Assembly (NCBI GenBank): GCA_963662545.2
Contig: CAXXLL010000003.1
Span: forward strand, 2,910,395-2,974,394
Source: Gammaproteobacteria bacterium
Lineage (GTDB): Bacteria > Pseudomonadota > Gammaproteobacteria > Ga0077536
Direction of reading: 5' to 3'
Length of the DNA stretch: 64,000 nt
Part shown: positions 33,540 through 44,254 of the stretch, in pieces
Layout of the letters: every line of letters starts with the position of its first letter
Numbering within the stretch: position 1 is the first letter of the stretch
The notes under the pieces: model-generated
Told to the model about the DNA's origin: nothing
Seen by the model: only the letters and a program-made list of their open reading frames with translations
The model's database searches: none
Position numbers and translations under genes: made by a program

Positions 33540-35015
33540 ATGATGCAGAAGTTGATGGGTTGCTTGCTCCCGCTTGCCTTGGCCGTGGTGTTATCCGTAG
33601 CGGTCCACGGCGGGCATCGGGATAACTCTGATTGGGCGGAAACGTATAGCGCCTTCAATACAGTGCATGTGCCTTTTCTACTGGCGCCAATAGCCCAAGA
33701 CCCTGGGGGCGGCATACTCCGAATCATCAATCATTCTGACAAGAACGGATTTGCCCGCATTACGGGGATTGACGATGAGGGACGGCGCCATGGGGAGGGC
33801 GATTGGTATATGACCCCTAAGGGCGCGCTAATCATAAACGCTGCGGAGCTTGAGGAGGGCAGGCGCGGCTATACGAAAACACACTACAAGGGTCTCGGCA
33901 ACGGCGTGGGCCATTGGCGCCTGGAAATACGATCCCAAATGGACCTGGAGGTGCTGAGTTACACGCCGGGGGAGGTGGGTATTGCCTCAAGCACACACAG
34001 CGTGGCCCCTGAAACCATGCCGCTTGAATACCGCGTGCCGATATTCAATGGCGGCACCTGGCGCTCCCAGCTACGCATAAGCAACCTGGGCATGGATGAT
34101 GCGGCCGTTGCGACTATCACCGCTATAGATGATGAGGGTGAACCCGCCCCTGGTGGGGAGGTAGAGATCACGATCCCGCCTGAGGCCACCTGCACGGTGA
34201 GTTCCGCCCAGCTAGAATCAGGCGATGGGATCGCGTGCGATGCTACGGGCTGGTTGGGAAATGGGGCGGGCAAGTGGCACTTGCTTATCTCGGCTGGTAG
34301 CCCTATTCAGATACTTAATCTGTTTTTGAGCCCAACGGGCCAAATCGTCAACCTGTCAGACTCGCCGCGCCACGGCAGGCCCTATAGCTTGCCCGGCAGG
34401 CCACGGAAATGCACCGATGAACGCGAGCTGGCGCAAGGATACGCACCGGTCCCGCGGGAGTGGGATGGCACACCTGTGATCATCGATGTTGCCGATAATT
34501 TTCCCGATTATGTGAGCCGGGAAGAACAGCAGGCTTACCTCCTGGATCCGATGGCCAGAACGGCCGATCTGATTGAGCGGCAGATTGGCTACCGTGTGAT
34601 TGAGGCTGGAGAAATAATTGCGGTGCCGACACATATCGACCCGGATGGCCCCAACCTGATCCAGGAGATCTCCGAACTCCGCCGGCCCGGCCACGCACTC
34701 ATAGCTTACTGGGGCGGATACGAAGGGTTGGCTGCCTGGGTACACAGGAGCCTCGTCATTTACGGAACAGATGTCGCGGCCCGATGGAAGAATCCAGACT
34801 ATGCTTCAACCCCGCGCAATAATGAGGCTGTTATTCATGAGGTCTTCCACGCCCTGGGATTCAAGCACCCGCCGCCCTCTGAAGGCCACGATAACCCTAA
34901 CGGGGTACATATGTTCCGGGGGCCACTAGACACACCGTGGGCGGTTGGATCCAGAAAGTACTATCCGTCATGGATAGATATAGACGCCTTAAGGTGCATT
35001 TACCCGTCCCAGTAG
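33540..35015 (+). CDS. Secreted protein: unnamed module plus C-terminal zincin metallopeptidase
   Basis: Signal peptide; LRIINHSD..WRLEI module; IHEVFHALGFKH (HExxHxxGxxH); paralog of 42666-44126. Confidence 0.8.
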   Translation: MMQKLMGCLLPLALAVVLSVAVHGGHRDNSDWAETYSAFNTVHVPFLLAPIAQDPGGGILRIINHSDKNGFARITGIDDEGRRHGEGDWYMTPKGALIINAAELEEGRRGYTKTHYKGLGNGVGHWRLEIRSQMDLEVLSYTPGEVGIASSTHSVAPETMPLEYRVPIFNGGTWRSQLRISNLGMDDAAVATITAIDDEGEPAPGGEVEITIPPEATCTVSSAQLESGDGIACDATGWLGNGAGKWHLLISAGSPIQILNLFLSPTGQIVNLSDSPRHGRPYSLPGRPRKCTDERELAQGYAPVPREWDGTPVIIDVADNFPDYVSREEQQAYLLDPMARTADLIERQIGYRVIEAGEIIAVPTHIDPDGPNLIQEISELRRPGHALIAYWGGYEGLAAWVHRSLVIYGTDVAARWKNPDYASTPRNNEAVIHEVFHALGFKHPPPSEGHDNPNGVHMFRGPLDTPWAVGSRKYYPSWIDIDALRCIYPSQ

Positions 35016-35250
35016 GGGTTGCGGTTGCCCCCTCCGGGGCTGGCGATCAAACGCCCAATTTCAAGCTAGCCCGCTACAGCTGTTTAGCAAGTTAAGTATG
35101 TAAGGCCCATTTTAAAGCGAGTATTTTTGATATGCGTGAATTCCTCCGAAGACACGAAATTAACACCGAACAACTTGCGCTGACAGTCAGAGCAGCCGGC
35201 GCCTCACAGCAACCACAAGCTGCTGTCTGATGTTATTGGGAGAAGCTGCC

Positions 35251-35922
35251 GTGCCCACTGTTTCGCTCCTGCCAGGGGAGGCGTCCTGGCGGTCCCGGAA
35301 GGTGCGGTACTACGCGGGTGATTAGAGTTCGATCCAAACTGTCTTGCCGGAATTCGATTTGGTGCCGTTCACCGCCGGTCAGGATCACCCGGCAAATCCG
35401 TTTTTACAAACGGTCATGCGGAAACCCCTATCAGCAGCAGAGTGCCCCATCCCGATCGGTGTCGTCTCCCATACCTATTCACTCGCCTCGCACCGCGAGG
35501 TCGCGGCACTGTGCCGCAAAGGGCTCATCGACGCCGGGGTAGAACCGGGTGATCTACGCTATGAGGTCGGATTGTCGGAGCTTGGCGAATGGATGAATTT
35601 TCGCATTTATTTATCTGAAACATACAGTTTCACCGACAGCTACGGAACTAAACTCGATCTGACGCTTGAATGTTTCAACTCTGTCGATGGGTCGTCGCGG
35701 CTTGTGATCCTGTTAGGCTGGTTCCGCATGGTCTGTTCGAATGGCTTAGTCATCGGCGAGACCAAGATCGAAATCAAGGAACGTCACGGGCAAAGCCTGA
35801 GTCTCACGACAATACCCGAGCGCATTCGACCGGCCCTCGAAGCTGTTGAAGCTGACCGCGCCAAGATGAATAGGTGGCAAGCTGAAAAAGTTTCAATCGA
35901 AGACATCGCGATGTGGGCGTAA
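35251..35922 (+). pseudogene. DUF932-family protein, internal stop and 3' truncation
   Basis: NSVDGSS..FRMVCSNGL; in-frame TAG upstream of 35344; cut by an IS3-like end at ~35919. Confidence 0.7.
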
Positions 35923-36060
35923 GCTTCCCCGTCAAGTAGACAGTTCTAAGCTAGAGTTCCCGGCGAGTCGTTGGCGGAACACCGAGGGCGGGATCTGGCC
36001 GAGCGACTCGTGGGGACGATGCTCGTGGTAGGTGCGGAGCCAACGCTCGATACACTCGTC
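35919..36060. mobile_element. IS3-like terminal remnant
   Basis: GTAAGCTTCCCCGTCAAGTAGACAGTTCTAAG end-like sequence. Confidence 0.5.
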
Positions 36061-36227
36061 ACAGGCGCTTGTCATTTAATCGCCGTCAATACGTCATTTC
36101 CTTTAATCAAGCAGCGTTCGTTGTCGCCTTCGAGAGACTTCATAACTAAATAGCCTATCTATACTGTCTATGCACACACGAAGTGCGGCACAAGTGCGAA
36201 CGATAAGAAGCACAGGATTCGAACTAC

Positions 36228-36331
36228 GCGCCAAAGCGCACCAAATGCTCGAGATTAGGAGATTTAGAAAACGAGCAGATGCGTCAATATTAGAGATCTC
36301 CTAATGGTCGCGATTTGGTGAGCTCTGGCGC
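36228..36331. repeat. Long imperfect inverted repeat (36-bp arms)
   Basis: GCGCCAAAGCGCACCAAAT..ATTAGGAGAT versus ATCTCCTAAT..ATTTGGTGAGCTCTGGCGC. Confidence 0.75.
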
Positions 36332-36515
36332 TATTGATGAGAGAACAGCTCGCCCTATAAGCGCGATCAGCGAAACGATCTCAATTAACTTACTTCTTCA
36401 CGCGTGCTTGTTTTATATCTATCTGACGCCGGACAGACGGAATCCTCAGGTCTTCCATATTTTGAGCACCTTCTGTCCGAAAGGTTCGGACGACGTACAA
36501 TCCCCTTTAAGTGTA

Positions 36516-36543
36516 TTGACACCAACTGTATAACTTTTAAGCT
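36516..36543 (+). promoter_or_regulatory. Candidate sigma70 promoter of the beta-barrel gene
   Basis: TTGACA-16 bp-TAAGCT, then GGGAG RBS and ATG at 36560. Confidence 0.55.
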
Positions 36544-36559
36544 AAACGGGAGTTGAAAC

Positions 36560-37519
36560 ATGAACAAATATTTCTCATCTACCTCGGTGGCGTGGGTGCT
36601 CATTGCATGGATGGCGGGGTCAGTGCAAGCGGGGGGATTGTATGTCAGCGGCGAGTTGGGAATGAACTTCGGCAAGTCGCTGGATACGGACGGGCACGAC
36701 ACCGACCGGGCCAGTGTGTGTGATGAGTACATCAATTCCATGTTCGCGACGGTCACACAAACGCCAGGGTACGAGGACTACAACTGCACGGGTCCGAATC
36801 GTGGCTCAGACAGCGTTTGGGAAAATGATTTTGGATCCGCAGAAGGCGTTTTGTTCGGCACGGCACTTGGCTACTATATCGGCGGCTCCCGTTTCCGGGT
36901 CGAGGTGGAATACTTCTACCGCAACACCGGCTATGACAAGGCCTCCGAGATCACCGTTGGTGGCGGCCAGGTTCTAAGTAAGGTCGTTCAGGAAATCGTG
37001 AGGGCGGAAGAGCGCGTTGGCGACCTGGATTCGCACAACGTGTTTGCCAACCTGTACATGGACTTCGCCAACAGCAGCCGTTTCACGCCGTATGTCGGAT
37101 TCGGCGTGGGCGCTGGGTTCACTGGGCTGGAATACAACGGCGTATTCGCGCGCGACTTGGAGCCGGCAAGGATTACAACCGGGAATGCTCCCGAGGGTGG
37201 CCAGGCGCTGCCCAACGCAGTCCAAATTCAAGCGAACCTTGCCGGTACGACCACCACAGAAAGCGAGGAACTCCGTGATACGCTATTCGGCTACCAAGTG
37301 ATAGTGGGCGTGGACTACGCACTCACCGAATCGCTGCTGCTGGGAGTCAAGGCTCGCTGGGTCAACTTTGATTCCTTCAGCGACAAGGATGAATGGGATC
37401 AATTGCGCAGTCACCCGTCCAACCTTCGCACAGACGGAGGCGAGACGGTAGTGTACGACATCAGTTCAGACGACCTTGAGATGTTTGGCGTCAGCTTGAA
37501 CCTCAAATACCAGTTCTAG
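36560..37519 (+). CDS. Outer-membrane beta-barrel protein (opacity/OmpA-like 8-strand) with large loops
   Basis: Signal peptide; FRVEVEY, FTPYVGFGVG, GYQVIVGVDY strands; terminal LKYQF. Confidence 0.85.
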   Translation: MNKYFSSTSVAWVLIAWMAGSVQAGGLYVSGELGMNFGKSLDTDGHDTDRASVCDEYINSMFATVTQTPGYEDYNCTGPNRGSDSVWENDFGSAEGVLFGTALGYYIGGSRFRVEVEYFYRNTGYDKASEITVGGGQVLSKVVQEIVRAEERVGDLDSHNVFANLYMDFANSSRFTPYVGFGVGAGFTGLEYNGVFARDLEPARITTGNAPEGGQALPNAVQIQANLAGTTTTESEELRDTLFGYQVIVGVDYALTESLLLGVKARWVNFDSFSDKDEWDQLRSHPSNLRTDGGETVVYDISSDDLEMFGVSLNLKYQF

Positions 37520-37662
37520 GACGAAAACGACTTAACCGGGAACTTTCTGCTTACGCTGTTGATTTGCACTGAAAACTGACCCACCTGAGGCCGATATTTG
37601 CATCGAAATTTGACCCACGACTAGACACTGACCTGCCCGATATCCGGGCAGGAGACAAAGGA

Positions 37663-39189
37663 GTGATCGACGTGGCGTTATTGAGTGTGATCCGAAGGTG
37701 GCGGTTACGGGACGGACTCCCGGTCCGCGAGATCTGCAGACGAAGCGGATTGTCGCGGAACACCATCCGTAAATATCTGCAGAACAAAGTCGTTGAGCCG
37801 AAGTAGGCAACGCCGAAACGAGCCAGCAAGCTTGATGCGTTTGAGAACAAGCTCGGACGTTGGCTGGAGACAGAGCCCGGTAAAGGCCGCAAGCAGCGCC
37901 GTAATCTGCGGCAGATGTACGGTGACCTGGTCGCATTGGGTTACCGGGGCTCCTACGATCGGGTAGCTGCTTTTGCGCGAGACTGGCGTCGCCGGCAACG
38001 GGAAGTGGCCCGGATTGCTGGCGGTGGTACGTTCGTAGCGTTGGTATTTGCGCCGGGCGAGGCGTTCCAATTCGACTGGAGCGAGGATTGGGCTGTGATC
38101 GGCGGCGAGCGTATGAAGCTCAAGGTCGCGCACTTCAAGTTGGCCCATAGTCGGGCGTTTGTCCTGCGCGCCTACCGACAGGAAACCCACGAGATGTTGT
38201 TCGATGCGCACAATCATGCGCTGCCGGTCTTGGGCGGAGTACCGGCCCGGGGCTTGTACGACAACATGAAGACTGCGGTCGATAAGATTGGCCGCGGCAA
38301 AGCGCGAACGGTCAACGCGCGCTTCATCGCCATGGCCAGTCATTACCTGTTCGAGCCGACGTTCTGCAATCCGGCGTCGGGCTGGGAGAAGGGCCAGGTC
38401 GAGAAGAACGGACAGGATGCACGGCGTCGGGTGTGGCAGGACGTGCCGGCGTTTGCGCGTCTGGCGGCGCTGAATGACTGGCTAGAACAACGTTGTGTGG
38501 CGCTGTGGCACGCGATAAAACACCCCGAGCAGAAAGATCGCACGAGAGCCGAGGTGTGGGCTGACGAGCAGCCCCACTTGATGCTGCTGCCGCCACCCTT
38601 CGACGGCTTTGTCGAACACACCAAGCGCGTTTCACCGACCTGCCTGCTTGCGTTCGAGCGTGACCGCTACAGCGTGCCGTCGCCGTTCGCTAATCGGCCG
38701 GTCAGTCTGCGTGTTTACGCTGATCGGCTGATCGTGGTGGCTGAAGGCGAGGTCATCGCCGAGCATGCGCGGTTGATGGCGCAGAGCCACGACCGCCCAG
38801 GCCGCACGGTGTACGACTGGCGGCATTATCTCGCCATCGTACAGCGCAAGCCCGGTGCCCTACGCAACGGTGCACCGTTTGCCGAGTTGCCGGAAGCCTT
38901 CAAACGCCGGCAGTCGATTGTGGTTAAGCGGCCCGGTGGTGATCGCGAGATGGCCGAGGTCCTGGCTTTGGTATTGCATCATGACGAGCAAGCGGTGTTG
39001 TGCGCGGTCGAACTTGCGCTCGACGCCGAGGGCGTCTCCAAGCAACACGTTCTGAACGTATTAGCGCGTCTGCTCGAGCCGGCATTACCTGCGCCAATCG
39101 ATACCCCAGGGCACCTGGCGTTAGAAGCTGAGCCAGTCGCCAACGTTAGCCGTTACGACGGTTTACGGGAGGTGGACCATGCATCCTGA
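37663..39189 (+). pseudogene. istA: IS21 transposase IstA with nonsense codon at 37804-37806
   Basis: GTG ATC GAC start with GGAG RBS, HTH, then AAG TAG; FQFDW, YDNMKT, EKGQVE downstream. Confidence 0.85.
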
Positions 39190-39955
39190 GGCGATGATTG
39201 CGACACTCAAATCGCTCAAGCTGTTCGGCATGGCACAAGCCATCGACGATCTTGCCCAACAAAGTTCACCGGCCTGGCAAGGTGCTGAGTCGGTCCTCGA
39301 CAGCCTGCTCAAAGCCGAGGTGGCCGAACGCGAGGTGCGCTCGATTAACTACCAAACCAAGGTTGCGCGCTTCCCCGTCCATCGTGACCTGGTTGGCTTT
39401 GAGTTCCACGCGAGCACGGTCAACGAGGCCCTGGTGAGGTCGCTGCATCGCGGCGACTTCATTGATGATGCGCACAACGTCGTGCTAATCGGCGGACCGG
39501 GAACGGGTAAAACCCATCTCGCTACAGCCATCGGCTTACAGGCGATTGTGCACCAACATCGACGCGTTCGCTTCTTCTCGACTATCGAGCTGGTTAACCT
39601 ACTGGAGCAGGAGAAAGCCCGTGGCAAGCCGGGACAAATGGCTCATCGGCTGGTCCACACCGATCTGGTTGTGCTCGACGAACTCGGCTCTCTACCGTTC
39701 AGCCAGGCCGGTGGTGCGCTGCTGTTCCACTTATTGAGTAAGCTCTATGAGCGCACCAGCATCCTAATCACGACCAACCTGAGCTTCGCCGAGTGGGCCA
39801 ATGTGTTCGGTGATCCCAAGATGACGACGGCGTTACTCGACCGGCTGACTCATCACTGCCACATCGTTGAAACCGGCAACGATAGCTACCGCTTCAAACA
39901 CAGCTCGACGAAGAAAACCAAGGAGACAAAAACTAGAAAATCCAAGAACACTTGA
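39179..39955 (+). CDS. istB: IS21 helper ATPase IstB
   Basis: Same translation as 32665-33441. Confidence 0.95.
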   Translation: MHPEAMIATLKSLKLFGMAQAIDDLAQQSSPAWQGAESVLDSLLKAEVAEREVRSINYQTKVARFPVHRDLVGFEFHASTVNEALVRSLHRGDFIDDAHNVVLIGGPGTGKTHLATAIGLQAIVHQHRRVRFFSTIELVNLLEQEKARGKPGQMAHRLVHTDLVVLDELGSLPFSQAGGALLFHLLSKLYERTSILITTNLSFAEWANVFGDPKMTTALLDRLTHHCHIVETGNDSYRFKHSSTKKTKETKTRKSKNT

Positions 39956-40078
39956 GCCATACTCTGGCTCTTCCAGGTGGGTCACTTTTAAATGCAAAAC
40001 CTGGGTCAGTTTTAGGTGCAACTCAACAACGGGCGGACCAATTCAGCGGGGGAAGGTCAAATCAACCCCTTGGTTACA

Positions 40079-42526
40079 TCAATTAGACGGAATCACGACT
40101 CTGAGCGGAGGCGTTGCGGCGCTGAGAACGCCTCGCTCATTTTCCCCACGCAGCCAGTAGAAGTACGTTCGACCATTAACTACGTCTTGATCGTCGTGGC
40201 TGCTAAATACCGTGGAGTCGATTTGAGATGCCACTGAAAACCTGTTCGAGTCGCCTCGATATACACGGTAGAGGTCATGGTCCCTCGGGTTCCAATCCCA
40301 CTGCAGGCGAACTTTGTAGCTGCCTCTGCATCGGTCGAATGTACCGCCGCCACATGGCGCGACTGCAGCGGTAAACCCGGTTGGCCTTGGTACTTCCGTT
40401 TCTGGTGTATCAGGCGGTGGCACGGGGTCTGGTGCCGGGTCTGGAGGAGGCGCAGCTCCTTGACCACGGTCTGGTATTTGTGCTGTGGAAATGTTGAAGA
40501 ATCGTCCGGTTGGATTGCGCATCAGGTTCATGGCCCACAGGGGTTGGGATGAACGGATGAATAGGTGGTGACCTTGTGTGAGCGCTCCCAAGCGGCCTCG
40601 AAGTCCGGACACCCCTTCTTCCAAATCGTCTGATGACAGCCATACCGATGCATGGGGCCTCAGATTTATCCAAACAGACCGGTTTTCATGAAAATATGAA
40701 TAATCCCCGCCACGGTCAGGCGCCGATACCATGTCGACCCTGAGTGTTCTGGCGGTCGGGTTGATCAACCGCAGCCAGCTTACATGCGTTGCGTGCTTGG
40801 CAGGGAAGAACTTGTTGGCGTGATACCAGTAGCCGTCGTCGTTCTTGTTATACAGAGGAATGACGTCATGCATGGGCGCCAGGTTGTTGTCTACGAAGCG
40901 CATGAAAGCCTGTGCGCGTATATCCAGGATGGAGCTTAGTTCCAGGCGCCAGAAGCCTTCTCCGGTTCCGACGATATCTTCCAAGTCCGCTGAGCTGAAT
41001 TGCGATGCCTCCCGCGGGCCGAGTTGGATATCAGTCGAGTCGAAGCGGGTGCCGGTGTCGTCAATGGCATGGACCGTGACGGTGCCATGGTTGTCTGTCG
41101 AATTTACGATCCGGACGATGCCACGGGTGCCGGGATACCAAGATGCTGGGGTCAGAAGGGGTAGATGTGTGAGACGCGTTGGTTGTTGGACGGCTTCCGG
41201 GCTCATCCAGCGCTCGATTTGCGGATAGAAGTCACGGAATGAGCCGGCGACGCTACCGCCACTATCACACAGGGCATCATATGCTGCAGAATGTATACCG
41301 ACCAGATATTCACCAGCGTGCAAACCAGCTCCGCTGCTGCCTTTCCCAGTAACGCCTGTGAGCCAATCTACCCGCAGGGCGTCTCGCAAAAATCCAGGAT
41401 TTTCGCCTATTGTGCGGCCTGTCCAATAGCGATCGAAGATCCCTGACGTGTAGTACGCGGGGTCTCCGTCAGCATGATGCACAGCGAATATAGTCGCAGT
41501 TCGATTAAACCCCTCGGGGGACCAACCGGTGGACCATCCGGAATAAATCAAACCTCCCGGCAACCGATGCCTGAAGCGCAACAGAGCAGCATCTTGCTCA
41601 GAGCTTCCGGCAAGCCAATCGGCACCTCCAAAGGTGGTTGTGTGGCGTCTGTCGATGGCTGTAGAGCCGCATCTCTCACGGTGATAGAACCATCCGGCTT
41701 CGATAGTGCTTGCCACTGATGCGTTTGAGACACAGTGGTTGGCAGTCAAGAGATACGGCGGTAAAGGATCTTGCTCGTTCAGCCGCTCGGAAGCCAACAG
41801 GGTCCCAGAGCAAATATAGGTGCCTAAGGCGTCCTCGAAGTAGATTATCGCTGTCGCGTTTGCAACATCACTAATGCTCTGCGAGTTTGTGCAGGCAACG
41901 TCTTCAAGTTCGCAGTGAAATGTTTGCTGGGCGGGCGATTCAAATCGATGAGCAACCTGTATGATAGTGAAAGACAGGGCTTCGACAGCTATCTCGGATG
42001 GTAGTGTGATCTCCATGGTCAGCGTGTCCCCTACGGCGCTCGGTAGCCATGTTGGCGTATCTAGATCTACCCGAGTGTATGCAGGACCACGAGCTTGCCC
42101 CTCTCCATCAAAGACCTGTATAGACCCTCCTGCTGGTAAATCGACCTCCACCTGCGCTCGTATGGAAACAGCTCCTTCGGCATCGAGCGTCACCGCCGCA
42201 ATATGCTGCCCGTCTTCATTGACAGTCCAACTTAGGCGCGTGGCGATATCACCAGTAAAGTCGCTTGGTACATTCCTATGGACGCCAATGAGGTGGCCCT
42301 CGGGCTTAGATCGCTCTTGAGTTTCCTCCGTCTCGGTTTCCTGAGGCAACGGGCCCAAATAGATCTTCAGTGCATGGCTGGCAGCCTGTTCGGAGTGCAT
42401 ATCTTCTGCCGCTTGTAGCTCTGGCATAGGGGGCGCCGTTTGGCTTTTCAATTGTCGCGCGGACGCAGAAGATAGAACGGCTAACGCCGTAATGATCAAA
42501 AGCAGGAATTTCATTCGCAGAAGCAT
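40079..42526 (-). CDS. Secreted trypsin-fold protease + unnamed module + Pro-rich linker + FN3-like domain
   Basis: LTANHC, EQDAALL, GSSGAG; C-terminal PTGFTA..VRLQWDW..YRVYR..YFYWLRG. Confidence 0.85.
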   Translation of the reverse strand: MLLRMKFLLLIITALAVLSSASARQLKSQTAPPMPELQAAEDMHSEQAASHALKIYLGPLPQETETEETQERSKPEGHLIGVHRNVPSDFTGDIATRLSWTVNEDGQHIAAVTLDAEGAVSIRAQVEVDLPAGGSIQVFDGEGQARGPAYTRVDLDTPTWLPSAVGDTLTMEITLPSEIAVEALSFTIIQVAHRFESPAQQTFHCELEDVACTNSQSISDVANATAIIYFEDALGTYICSGTLLASERLNEQDPLPPYLLTANHCVSNASVASTIEAGWFYHRERCGSTAIDRRHTTTFGGADWLAGSSEQDAALLRFRHRLPGGLIYSGWSTGWSPEGFNRTATIFAVHHADGDPAYYTSGIFDRYWTGRTIGENPGFLRDALRVDWLTGVTGKGSSGAGLHAGEYLVGIHSAAYDALCDSGGSVAGSFRDFYPQIERWMSPEAVQQPTRLTHLPLLTPASWYPGTRGIVRIVNSTDNHGTVTVHAIDDTGTRFDSTDIQLGPREASQFSSADLEDIVGTGEGFWRLELSSILDIRAQAFMRFVDNNLAPMHDVIPLYNKNDDGYWYHANKFFPAKHATHVSWLRLINPTARTLRVDMVSAPDRGGDYSYFHENRSVWINLRPHASVWLSSDDLEEGVSGLRGRLGALTQGHHLFIRSSQPLWAMNLMRNPTGRFFNISTAQIPDRGQGAAPPPDPAPDPVPPPDTPETEVPRPTGFTAAVAPCGGGTFDRCRGSYKVRLQWDWNPRDHDLYRVYRGDSNRFSVASQIDSTVFSSHDDQDVVNGRTYFYWLRGENERGVLSAATPPLRVVIPSN

Positions 42527-42606
42527 ACTTCTATAAACCCATTTGCAGTGTGTTTGGCGTCAGCACAAGTTGGACAGATGAAAAATTCATGTCGCTCATG
42601 AGAAAT

Positions 42607-42652
42607 CTCCTTCTCGTGGGTTTTAAGCCCCGCCTGACCCAATCAGGCGGGG
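42607..42652 (-). repeat. Conserved intergenic hairpin module, copy A
   Basis: CCCCGCCTGA-5 nt-TCAGGCGGGG then AAAACCCAC and an RBS; same as 45621-45667. Confidence 0.8.
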
Positions 42653-42665
42653 TGATTTATAGATT

Positions 42666-44126
42666 TCAAGGCAGCGGGAAGATGCACCGCAGCAAGTCAA
42701 TGTCCTCCCGCGCCGCGTAGTGCACCGTCGAGCTGGCTCTCCATGGGGCGTGCAGCGGTCCCCAATGCATACGCACGGCCTCGCCCTTCGTGTTCGAATC
42801 GTCTTCCGGATGCTGGAAACCCAGGATGTGAAAGATCTCATGGACGAGCACCTCGCCGTAGCGACCATTGGCGGAATTTATCCCGTTGCAGCACGAATCC
42901 TCATTCGTCCACCACGGACCCGCGACCCGCTTGTTATAGGTGATGGTGCCGCAACACATATGCGCGCTCCTGGGCGAGCCCAATTCGCTGCCTCCCCAAG
43001 GGGCAGAGTAGTCGTCCATGAAGAACACGAGGATCTGCCCGCGCTCTCGCGGCAGGAGCTTGTTGGTGGGGCCATCGTTTTTCCAGTAGTACGTGAAGTT
43101 CTGATCGAAGCCTGGCGCCGCGCCCGCCGCCACATCAATGATCTCGCCCATTTCCACGACACGGTAGCCGAGTTGCTGCTCGATGTGCCGGGCGAGCTCG
43201 TCAACCGGGCGCAGGAGTTCCCACAAATCGTCGTCGGTCACGAAATCAGGGAAGTTCCTGATCATGTTCACCCGGATCGGCGTGCCGTCCCACTCGCCGA
43301 CGACGGGCGGGGCAGCCTTGAGCGCGAGTTCCCGCTCGTTGGTGCACACGCGATGCTCGTCGTAGGCGGCGTAGTAGTCGTGTTTCACCGTCGAGGTCGA
43401 AAAGTTGCTTAAGCTCGCGTCCGGGTTCTTCATGAAGTGCATCACATGGGCCGGGCGGCTGGTGTCGATGTTCAGCCGCCATTTGCGCGCACCGTCGCTC
43501 AGCAGCCCTGAGAAATAACATTCGCTCGTGTCCGGGAAGCTGCCGGACTCAAGCTGCAGGGCGCTGACGGTGCAGGACGCGCGCGGCGGGATCCCGAAAC
43601 GGACGTCCCCCGACGCAAGCTCGCCTTCGCCGTCGGTGGCGGTGATGATCCCCGACATCCGGGCGCCTGACGAATTGACCATGTGCAGCATGCTGCGATA
43701 CGAGGGGTTGAAAGTTGGCACCTGATAGCGCCGAGGCTCGTAGGGTTCGACTGCGTCGTGCACGGCATGCACAGAGCCGTCGGCGGTGCGGATATAGGCC
43801 AAGGGTTCAATCTCGAGATCGGTTAGGAGATGAAGCTGCCAGGGGGCTTGGCCGAGGTCTAAGTTACTGAGCAAGTCCGACGACAGGTTGACGGCCTTCA
43901 ATGCCTCAAGAGTTACGACCGCGGGGCCAAACCGCTCGCCCGTCGCATCGTAGCCCAGGATCGTGACGTGGCCGTCCCGATCCGAGTGATTGATGATCCT
44001 CAATAAGCCTTCACGGTCATCGGTCGAGGCGGCCATGAACGGAAAGATGTGTTCGAAACGCTGCGCATGCGCCGGTGGAAACGAAACAAAGACAAGCAAA
44101 CACACGCCGAACAAAAGTGCCTTCAT
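42666..44126 (-). CDS. Secreted protein: unnamed module plus zincin metallopeptidase
   Basis: MKALLFG signal peptide; LRIINHSD; VHEIFHILGFQH. Confidence 0.82.
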   Translation of the reverse strand: MKALLFGVCLLVFVSFPPAHAQRFEHIFPFMAASTDDREGLLRIINHSDRDGHVTILGYDATGERFGPAVVTLEALKAVNLSSDLLSNLDLGQAPWQLHLLTDLEIEPLAYIRTADGSVHAVHDAVEPYEPRRYQVPTFNPSYRSMLHMVNSSGARMSGIITATDGEGELASGDVRFGIPPRASCTVSALQLESGSFPDTSECYFSGLLSDGARKWRLNIDTSRPAHVMHFMKNPDASLSNFSTSTVKHDYYAAYDEHRVCTNERELALKAAPPVVGEWDGTPIRVNMIRNFPDFVTDDDLWELLRPVDELARHIEQQLGYRVVEMGEIIDVAAGAAPGFDQNFTYYWKNDGPTNKLLPRERGQILVFFMDDYSAPWGGSELGSPRSAHMCCGTITYNKRVAGPWWTNEDSCCNGINSANGRYGEVLVHEIFHILGFQHPEDDSNTKGEAVRMHWGPLHAPWRASSTVHYAAREDIDLLRCIFPLP

Positions 44127-44171
44127 GAAACTTCCCCCTGTTGTTGCAAAGTTCGGCGCCCCTAAAGGAGT

Positions 44172-44242
44172 GCCGGGCCATTGCAATCACGCACAGGTTA
44201 TGTGGAGACCCTGCCTATTCACCTGGGCGCAGGGAGCTACCC
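44172..44242 (-). promoter_or_regulatory. Conserved upstream leader, copy A
   Basis: Minus strand GGGTAGCTCCC..GAATA..CAATGGCCCGGC, also at 46543-46612. Confidence 0.65.
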
Positions 44243-44254
44243 CGAGCCGGACTA

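Larger units (their letters stand above)
37557..40028 (+). mobile_element. Full-length IS21-family element
   Basis: TGTTGA..TCAACA ends with internal repeats; istA-istB; no target duplication seen. Confidence 0.95.
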
